IMG/VR virus record: IMGVR_UViG_2974553163_000001
DNA: 64,000 nucleotides
Origin: a virus
Direction: 5' to 3' (one strand)
A program made the position numbers and the translations under genes. The notes below the pieces were generated by a model, which saw only the letters and a program-made list of their open reading frames with translations, was not told where the DNA came from and did not search any database. Each line of letters opens with the position of its first letter. Positions within the stretch are counted from its first letter, which is position 1. This document shows positions 1-10,000 of the stretch, piece by piece.

Positions 1-2
1 AT

Positions 3-500
3 GTTCTGCAGCAAGAGTATATAACACGGATGGATTCTAAACCATTCATCAATATAGATGCTATTGGAGCAGAAACAGGATGGAAGATAAACAGAGGATG
101 GAACGCAGGAACAGAATCATACTTAACAGTATTTGATTCTACTGCAACATTCATGGAACTAGATGACTGTCGTGTAGAAGGTGGTGAATTAACATCATTC
201 CCAACATCTGCAACAATCACTGCATTTGATAAATCACAATTCAAAGGATCAAAAACACTTGTAACTATTGAGAGTGATGACAATAAAGTTCATATGCTTG
301 AGGTTACAGTTGTCTGTGCATCAAATGGAACCACTGCACATGCCACTGTTACAAACTCAATAACTTCTGACAATGATCTCATGGATGCAACTGTTGCTGT
401 TGTTGGTACTAACGTGAATATCTCACTAGCAAAATCTAGTGCTGCTACATCATCATCAAACTTCACTGGTAGATTTACAACTACCAAGGTCAAGGTATAA
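3..500 (+). CDS. Virion structural/tail-associated protein, 5'-truncated by the window edge
   Basis: The frame of the 30..500 ORF is open back to position 3 (VLQQEYITR precedes the annotated M). T/S/V-rich beta-type sequence at the start of the tail-fibre cluster. Confidence 0.6.
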   Translation, partial: VLQQEYITRMDSKPFINIDAIGAETGWKINRGWNAGTESYLTVFDSTATFMELDDCRVEGGELTSFPTSATITAFDKSQFKGSKTLVTIESDDNKVHMLEVTVVCASNGTTAHATVTNSITSDNDLMDATVAVVGTNVNISLAKSSAATSSSNFTGRFTTTKVKV

Positions 501-503
501 ATA
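496..503 (+). promoter_or_regulatory. T4-type late promoter (gp55 -10 box)
   Basis: Exact TATAAATA 22 nt upstream of the ATG at 525. Confidence 0.75.
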
Positions 504-524
504 ACCTCTAGGTAATCTAAGACA

Positions 525-1058
525 ATGCCCGTAAAGAATTTTTCATCAATAGGAGGATACTCAGTAGCATCTACTGAGGTAATGAATACTTCTAGAGCTC
601 TGAAAAATATCTCTGCAATGCACATGGTGAGTGATCACTTTACTGATGCAAACAAAGATATTTTTATTCTTAAAAGACAAACAGATGCTGCAAATAATAC
701 CATGCAGTTATCCTTAGATGGTACTACCCCTCTCGTTACCAATACACCTCCTTTAGCAAATGATTCAGTTGCATTTGCAAGTGGAACTATTTTTGGACAA
801 GAGACTTCAAACAATACATATGTTTATGCAGTCAAATTTGACATTGTAATTACTACTTCATCTAGTGGAACTCCTACTGTTGCTTCTGAAAGGAAAATAG
901 TTGTTAGGAACAATCCACCAGGTCAAGAAATTTGGAACGTGGTTCCTGCAGCAATCACAATTGGTGCTGCACCATACTTCACTTTTCAAGTATCAAGTGT
1001 GACAACCTCATCCACAGTTAAGTGGGTAGGTAATTTAGAATTAACCGTTGTTACATAA
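525..1058 (+). CDS. Putative virion structural protein
   Basis: 177-aa T/S/V-rich ORF behind a late promoter, between structural genes. Confidence 0.6.
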   Translation: MPVKNFSSIGGYSVASTEVMNTSRALKNISAMHMVSDHFTDANKDIFILKRQTDAANNTMQLSLDGTTPLVTNTPPLANDSVAFASGTIFGQETSNNTYVYAVKFDIVITTSSSGTPTVASERKIVVRNNPPGQEIWNVVPAAITIGAAPYFTFQVSSVTTSSTVKWVGNLELTVVT

Positions 1059-1073
1059 CCTTTTAGGAACGAA

Positions 1074-4000
1074 ATGAGTTTTCAGATTAATACTGACCAA
1101 CAGCGAATCACCGCTTCTGGGACAAAAGCGACAGGAAATTGGACGAATGCCACATACAGCAGAACAGCAGCTGGTGTAGGTAACATCGTTTCTGTTGCAC
1201 ATGGTATTATAGGGACGGAAAAATTATATATTGATTTTACTTCTGGTGGAGAAGTAGATGGTACTTTTACAGTAACGAAGGTAGATGACGATAATTTAAG
1301 TTTTACAGGTTCAGCAACTAGTGTAATTACAGCGGGTGCAACCCTAGCATATAAAAGAGTAAGATCATTAAGTATTCAAGGAGATGAGTCATTAGAGATC
1401 TCTGTAGGTACAGGTGCATTAGAAAAAGACGCAATATTCATAGGAAAAAACGCACAGGAAAACGTCAGAGTTGGTATCAATACTACCGATCCACAGTATG
1501 AACTAGACGTTGAAGGACAGATTAGAACGACTCGTTCTATCATTTCTGATACTGCACAGGTTACAAACCTTGATATTGATACAATCATCAACCCTGCGTT
1601 GAATCTTCGTGCTCCAAACTTAATTAACTTTGAAGATACAGACGTAACAAGTCCTACTTTTGGAACTACATTCTATCCAACTGCTGATACACCTCCTCTA
1701 AGTGATCAGTCCAGAAGAGTTGCTACGACTGACTTTGTATATCAAGTTGCTACTAATGACACTGGTGGTCGTGTATATGTATCACAAACTATTGGTAGTG
1801 ATTTAAACGATGGTCGTTCAGCTGCAAGACCAGTTAAAACAATCAAAAAAGCAGCACAGATTGCTTACGGATTACAGAAGGCAACTCCAGATCCTAGTGA
1901 TGAATATGTAACTATCATCGTATCTGGTGGTGAGTATCTAGAAGATAACCCAATTTCACTTCCTAGGAACTGTTCACTTGTTGGTGATAACTTAAGAAGA
2001 GTTATTGTTAGACCTCAAAACCAAGATCGTCACATGATCAAGGCGTCTAATGAAACATATATCTTCGGTGTTGTATTCAGAGACGCATTACAGAATGCAT
2101 CAAACCCACAAAGTACAGTAATTCATACTTGGAAGTATGCCTTTGTGTTTGATGACAAACAGAGATTATACTATGAACCAGAAGTTCAGCAGATTCCTGC
2201 TGCACCTGGTAATAAATTCCGTGGTGACAACATATTCAAAATTACATTTAACAACCACACAGGTAGTGAAACCACTCTTGTAGTTGGACGTTTTGTTCAA
2301 GGTGGATCATCAGGAACACTAGGTACAATTCAGTCTGTTAATTTTACAGGTCCTACTGCATCTCCAAACTCAACAGGTGACGTAACTATTCTTATTACAT
2401 CAGGTGTTGATGATGTATTCCAAGACGCTGAAACAGTTTTCTATGATGCTGTAGCAGCAAATATTATTACTGATATTAATAACGCCAGTGTATCAGATAG
2501 ATTTGACGTTGTAGATGCTGAGTCATTAAGACCAGAATTAGAGACAATATCTAACCAAATTTATCAGCATACTATTGATACTGAAGTAGAAACAGTATCA
2601 TTTAGAGGTAGTCTTAATTACATCGACACTACACTCGATAGAATTACCATTACTGCACACGGTTTATTAACTGGTCAGCAAGTTTTATATAGTCAGGATG
2701 AAAATACAACTCCATTACCAGGTCTTATTAATGGCATACGTTATTGGGTAAGAAAGGTAGATGATAATACTATTGAATTATATGATAATGAAGCAAATTC
2801 TCTTGCATCAACAAGCATAACTCAGGGTAGAAAAGATCTTACAGGTGTATCTTCGGATGATAAGCTCCATGAATTGACTACTGGAAATGTGATGCTCGAT
2901 GACAATCACATTTATATTAAGAAACATCAATTTGCAACTGGTGATGGTGTCGTCTATCGTCAAGGTAAGATGGGCGGTATCGGTGGTCTTGTTGATGGTA
3001 CTGCATATTTTGTATATAAAGAAAGTGACAACTGGTTTAGACTTGCATCATCTGCTGCTAACGCAACACAAAAAGATGCATCGGGTGCTGATAATCCAGT
3101 AACATTATCTTTAACATCTACAGGATTAGGATTCCAAAGATTTGAACTACAACCTCAAGTGTTATCAATCACTACGATTGACACATCATTGAATACAGTA
3201 GCTACTTACAATGGTCCTATATTCAATCTAGCAACTTCTTCTGTATCATCTGATTTCCATGATTATGAAGTTGGACAAGAAGTTAATGTTTATGGTTTCC
3301 AAAATAGTGCAATAGATTTTGGTTCATCTACCAATACTGCATATAGTATTAGTGGTGGATTAATTACAGTTCAAGTTACTGGTGTTGATAATACTAAAAC
3401 CAGTGCCTTCTTTGGCAACATGGCAACACTAGGACAAGCTGGTGTTACATTTAACTTCCCTACTGCTGACGCAAGATTTAGTAAGACATATCATATTGGA
3501 AATTGGAGTACAGGAACTGGAACTCCATCGTTACCTGGCAACTCTGATTTAGGTTTAGGTTACGCAAGATATAACAGTTCTAATACTACAATTACCTTTG
3601 TTCTAAAACAAGCAAATATTGATACTGCTAGTGATGTTTCTACATCATCTGGAACTGGTGTTTCTATTCTTAATAACTTAGAAGATCTTAACGGTAGAAA
3701 ATATATTACACATCGTATAGAACGTGCTGATGGTTACTCATTACAGTTTGTTGTAAGAGCAAATATATCTGAGATTAGCACAGGTTTAAATCCAACTGGT
3801 GACCAGTCTGTTGTTGGTTCTAACAACTATGTTCTAGCATCTCTACGTAACTCACCTTACGGTTTCTCTAAGATTAACATTAGCGATAGATTTAGAGATG
3901 GTGCTGAGAACATCAAAAACAACCAAGAATTTATTGCAGAGGAATCAGTCGGTTATGTCAAATACTATTATGAATCATCCGCTACTCGTGGTACTGCACT

Positions 4001-7000
4001 TACTATTGGTGGAACAAATTTCGGACAAGTAGCAGCAACAGTTGCAAGAGGAATTACATCATGGGCAGTCACTGGTGATAAGTGTAAGATTAAAGTACAG
4101 AAGGGACATAACTTATATCCTAGTTTCAGTCAGCACACTCCAAGCACTGCAACATATACAGCATCATCTGGTAACGTAGTAGTAACTATTAATGGTCATG
4201 GATTTGAAGTTGGTGATTTAATCAAGTTTGATCCTGGTGCATTGGTATTCAGATGTAGTATGGATAGTTATTCCACTCTACATGCTTATCCAAGACAGGG
4301 TGATCCTGCTGCTGATAAGTGGTTAAAGATTACTGCAAAAACAACCAATACATTTACAGTCAATGTTGGAACTTCACCAACTGTAAATCATCAAGTTTCT
4401 AACGCAACATATAATCCAACAACAGGTTTGATGGAACTAACCATCGGAAACCATACTTTAAAAGCTGGAACAAGCATCAAGATGCCTGTTGGTGCTGTAA
4501 CGTTTAGTTGTGCATTTGGTGGCGGTGGTCAAGTTAATAAGTCATATCCTAGAAGTGACTTTATCAATCCTGGCGGACAGGTAACTAACGCTGCATATAA
4601 TCCTACTACAGGTATTATGACAGTGACTACTACTTCTGCTCATGGATTGCAGAATGGTAATAAGATTCAATTAGAGGATGATTCTTTCTCATTCACATGT
4701 ACTCATGGTTCTGGAACTAAGACATATCCTAGATCCACTGACCCACTCTCAGGAAGAAATATCCCAGTATTCAATGTCACTACAAATACATTTGACATTC
4801 AAACATTAGACGTAGTTCCTTCTACAAACACAACAACTCATACATTTGTATCTGCAACTTCTACTGCAGTCAAGAAGAAGAAAGATGCTAAGATCTATGA
4901 TGAAGCAGTTAGAATTGAATCAGTAACAGCAACAACAATTACTGTTCAAACTCTAGAGAATACTCCTTCTACTAACACAGATGCACATACATTCATATCT
5001 GCAGCAACTAACGCAGTTGTATCTGGTGGTAACTACACACATGAATTTGCTAGTGCAGGAACTAACTCAGTCAAGAAAGCATTAACATCTGCTGTAACTA
5101 TTGCTAACTCTGGTAATGCTACAGTCAATGGAACTCATGGTATTTCAGACATCTATGATGACAGAGAATTTACTATAGATCTAACAGACAGTAGTGCTGA
5201 CACACAGACTGGTAGTGCAGGAACATTTACAGATAATCAGCAACCATTCAGAACTCCTAACAGTAAGGATCAAGGCAATAAGTATGGCGACGTTTCTGAA
5301 TTACTATTTGCTAACGCAGATATGATTGCAGAATATGCAGTCAATAAAATGCTTGCTGCAAATAGTGGTTATAATATTCCTACAGGAAGCACTGCATGTT
5401 ATGATGACCTTAGAGATTTCATACAGAAGTGTGTAGCACATAACCTTAAGTGGGGTGGTAACGATAGAGTATATGATCAGGCAAAATTCTATATTGATCC
5501 TGGCTTCTCATTAACAAGAGATCGTTATGTAGAAGCATTTAACTATGCAAAAGATGCTTGTATTTTAGCAGGAAGAAATCTACCTCTATACAGAAATCCA
5601 TATTCAACAAAATTACAATATTATCATCTTGCAACTCTTGATACAGGTGCAGGAACAGTTCGTCGTGACGCTGCAACTTTAATACAAAATAACTTAGACT
5701 TTATTGCAAACGAAGCAGTTCAAAGATATGAGTTTGATAATCCTGGTCATAGAATACCTGGTGCAAATCAGAACTGTGTTGATGATGCTTTAGATGTATT
5801 ACGTGCTGTTACTTACAACCTAGCATATGGTGGTAACGAGCAAGTTTATGATGCTGCAAATTTATATGTTGGATCTACATTCTTAGATGGTGAAGAGACA
5901 GAATCACGTGCAGTGTTTGCATTAGTAAGTTCAATAGCACAGCAAGTAGTAGAGAGTCAAACTGTTACTGTTGAAGGTAATCATGGATTTGCTCAGGTTA
6001 CTGATAATACAAACAAAGGAACTACTGTTGAGGCAAACTTAGTTGCAGGATTCTTCACAATTGTTGATACTGCTATTGCTAACGATAATATGTCACATGC
6101 CACTAGAACGGTTGCTACTGCACCTTCTTGTGCAAACGTTATCTCAGCAATTACAACCTTCTTCAGCACCCTTACAACAGCGTTAGGAAGCGGTTCTACT
6201 GCAGGATCTGTATCTGGTGTTACAAGAACATCTTCACCTGGCGATCAGCAGTGTATTGATGACGTGATGAAGATCACTAGAGCATTCCAGTATGACTTAC
6301 GTTATGGTGGTAACTCTAAGATTGTTGAAGCAGCAAACTTATACATCTCTGGAGCAAGTGGTGTTCAGCACGTTGCAACTGAGGTTACATATACTCGTGC
6401 AATATTTGCAGCTGCAAAAGAATTATGCATAGACGCAATAAGAAATAATTTAGAGACTGGTCAATTCTCACAGATACCAATACGTTCAAATGGTTCTATC
6501 ACAGTAGATTCATCTGCACCTGAGTGTGCTAACGTTGTATCTGCATTGACTACAAACTGGGGTATTCTTGACAACGTATTATCAAGTGGTAATGCATACA
6601 GTGGAACTACAACAAATCCTGATCCTCTTGTTGTAGAACAAGATCAATCAGAATTCTCATTCCCACTTGTAAATACATTCCTAGATCTTCCAGTTATTGA
6701 AGCATCACCTTACATTCAGAACTCTTCACTTATATCATTCCTTGGTGGTTCTGGTTGTGAAATTGATGGTGCTAAAGTTGCTACACCTAACGTTCCTAGA
6801 CCTGGCTTAAAACAGAATTCACAAGGTGCTACTGTTGCACAGTTTGACCCACAAGGTAAGTCGATGGTTGCAAACGCATTCACCATCATTTGTTTTGGTG
6901 GTACTGCGTACAACGTAAGTAATGATGGTTATACACAGTTAGTTTCTGTGTTTGCTATCTTCTGTCAAGATGGTATCTTAACTCAGTCTGGTGGATATTC

Positions 7001-10000
7001 TTCTGTTACTAACTCAGCATCTAACTTCGGAACCTATGCTTTAAGATCAACAGGATTTAGAGCAGAAGCATACTCATTTGATATTGGTGTTATTGATTCT
7101 ATTACAGATGATACCGATGGAAATGGAGTTCCAACAGGAAGACAAATCATTCAAGTATCTGGAACAACACTAACAGGTATACCAGTTGAAGATTATATTA
7201 TTAAAGTTGATGGTTATACATCTAGCGACCCTGCTGTTGAGCATATTATTCTAGAAACAGAACTTGTTTCTGGTTCTTCGGGAACACAGGTTGTTGCTAA
7301 GATTACAACCAACCGTGCGATGGACTTCTCACAAGGTGGTAATCGTTATCAATCAACAAATGATCCATCATTTGCTGCAGGAAGTTTGCCACTCAGTAAT
7401 CTTGTTGGTGCAGGAATCAGATTCCATAGACCATCTGTTACTAACTCATCATCACACACTTGGGAATACTCTGGATCAGGTAATACCTATGCTGCGTTAC
7501 CACAAAACGGTGGTGTTGGATTAGGTACTGCATACGAAGCAGCAGAAGAAAAATTTGGACAGGTTTATACATCAGGTACAAACGAATTTGGTGACTTCAA
7601 AGTTGGTAACTTTGTTACGATCTTCAACAGAACTGGTGCTATTAGTTTCGTTGGTACTGTTAGTATCTCTGAACTATCATCTATTAAGATTGTTGGTGGT
7701 GACATCACAATTACAGGATTCTCACAAGATGATAACTTAGGTGGAACATTCGCATCTGACTCCTTACTACCTACACAGGCATCTGTTAGAGATTATATTT
7801 CAAACAACTTAGGACCATATCTAAACCAACCTTATTCTACAAACGCAGTTCCATCTGCTCTTGTTCAATTAACATCATCTGGTAAGATTAACATTGACCA
7901 GATCCCTGCTTTACGTCCGTTCAATATTACATCTGTTACATCAACAGCAGAAAGACTCGCTATTGAAGATGCTAACGCGGGTGACATTGCGATTGAAACA
8001 ACAGCAACAACATTCAACGTTGCGACTGCATCATTTAACACAGCTAATGAGCAAATTACAATTGCATCTCATGGTATTAATACAGGTGACTTACTAACAT
8101 ACACAGAAGGCACAACTGCAATTGGTGGATTAGCAACTGGTAGTAACTACTATGCTATTAAGGTAGATGATAATACAATCAAACTTGCATCTACAGAATC
8201 TAATGCAAGTGCTAATAATCCAGTTGATTTGGGATCAGGTGGTGCAGGAACTCATCAAATTAAGACACAGGGTGTTGCGATATCATACATTCTTGAGAAT
8301 GATCTTGAGAGTCAGTTCTTAGCATTCACACCTAACAGTGCATACACATTCAGTGTAGGTAATATTATTGTTGGTAGTTCTACAACTGCTCGTGGTACTG
8401 TAAGTTCATATAACGATGGTCAAATATTCAACTTTGTTATCAGTACAGCTGGTGATAGTTACTCTGGAGATTTTGCTCTAACAATATCTGCACCTGATGA
8501 TACATCTAACGGTGTTCAAGCAGCTGCTACAGCGAACGTTGTGAATGGATCAGTAACTAAAGTTACTATCACAAATGGTGGTAAAGGTTACTACACACAA
8601 CCAACTGTTCAAGCACAGGTATCATCTGGAACTACAGCAGTAATTGCTGCACAGATTGAAGGTCGTGTAAGTATCAACATTGCAAACAATATTAAGTTTG
8701 ACGCGGGTGACTTTATACTTGATCAAGGTTTAGTTAATGAAGCAACAGGTACATACGCTCAGAGTGGCACTACCATTACTGTCACAGAGAGTACAAGTCA
8801 TAACTTATCAAATGCTGATCTAGTATATCTTGATTTTACAAGTGGTGGTTCATCAGATGGTTTCTACACAATATCATTAATTAACTCTACTCAGTATTCT
8901 GTAACATCTCCAAACAGCGGAACTCAAAGTGGTAACATGGCAAGAAAGAGGATCATTGACCTCTCCAGAGTTATCAATACATCTGCATCAAATGCTGCAA
9001 ACTGGACACAATTAACATCAACAAATATTGATGCTTCTAACATTGTTGCGGGTACAATTGACCCAGAAAGATTAGCAGGAAAAGGAACTGCTAACTCTTA
9101 CACATTCTTACGTGGTGATTCATCATGGGAGTATGCACTACAGTCTATTAGACCTACTACACAAGATGCTCTTGTTGTTGGTGGTTCTCTACAAGATAGT
9201 AGTTACATTCAATCCATCACTATTACAAACGGTGGTACAGGATATACAAACGGAACTTATCAGAATATCCCACTAGGCGGTGGTAATGTTTCTATCAGTA
9301 GCGATAGTGTTGCTCGTGGTACTTATATTGTATCTGGTGGAACAATTACATCTGCTACTGTTACTGACTCAGGAACAGGATATACAGGTGACTTCTCAGT
9401 AACAATACCAAGCGAACTTGGTGGTGGTAACGGTGCAATACTTGGAGCTGTTAAAGGAACAATCAACCGTGCTTTTGGTAACATTGAGATTGATATTAGA
9501 AAAGGTAATAACCTTACTGCTAGTTCAATTGTTTATGGTAACTACGGTGTATTCAGATTTAGAAAAGATGTAACAAACCAAGCAGTTGGTAACCAAGATC
9601 AAGGTGGTTTCATTATTGGTAATGATGGTAGTGTTTCTATTGATCAAGGTCAAGGATCAGAACTTAATGCTGACTTACTAGATGGTAGTGAAGGTTCATT
9701 CTATCAAACAGCAGATAATATAATATTTGGAACATTAGATCCTGCAAGACTTGCAAACGTAACATATAGTATATCAATATCTGGTACTGCTGATACTGCA
9801 AACAGAATCTTTAACGAGACTGCATCTCTAACTTCTAACCCTGCTCCTGCACAGGCAGCAAACGGTGTTGGTGCTGCACTTAGAAATAACAATGCTGATG
9901 GTCTAAGTGATGGTGGAACTACACACGGTGTTGTAACATACAGAAGAGAGGCAACAGGAAGTGCTGCTACTCAATTAGGATTTACTGCTAACAATAACTT

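Noticed and set aside
30-32. ATG 30 as the true start of the first gene
   Set aside because: The frame is open to the window edge and no RBS or promoter is visible, so the gene is more likely truncated.
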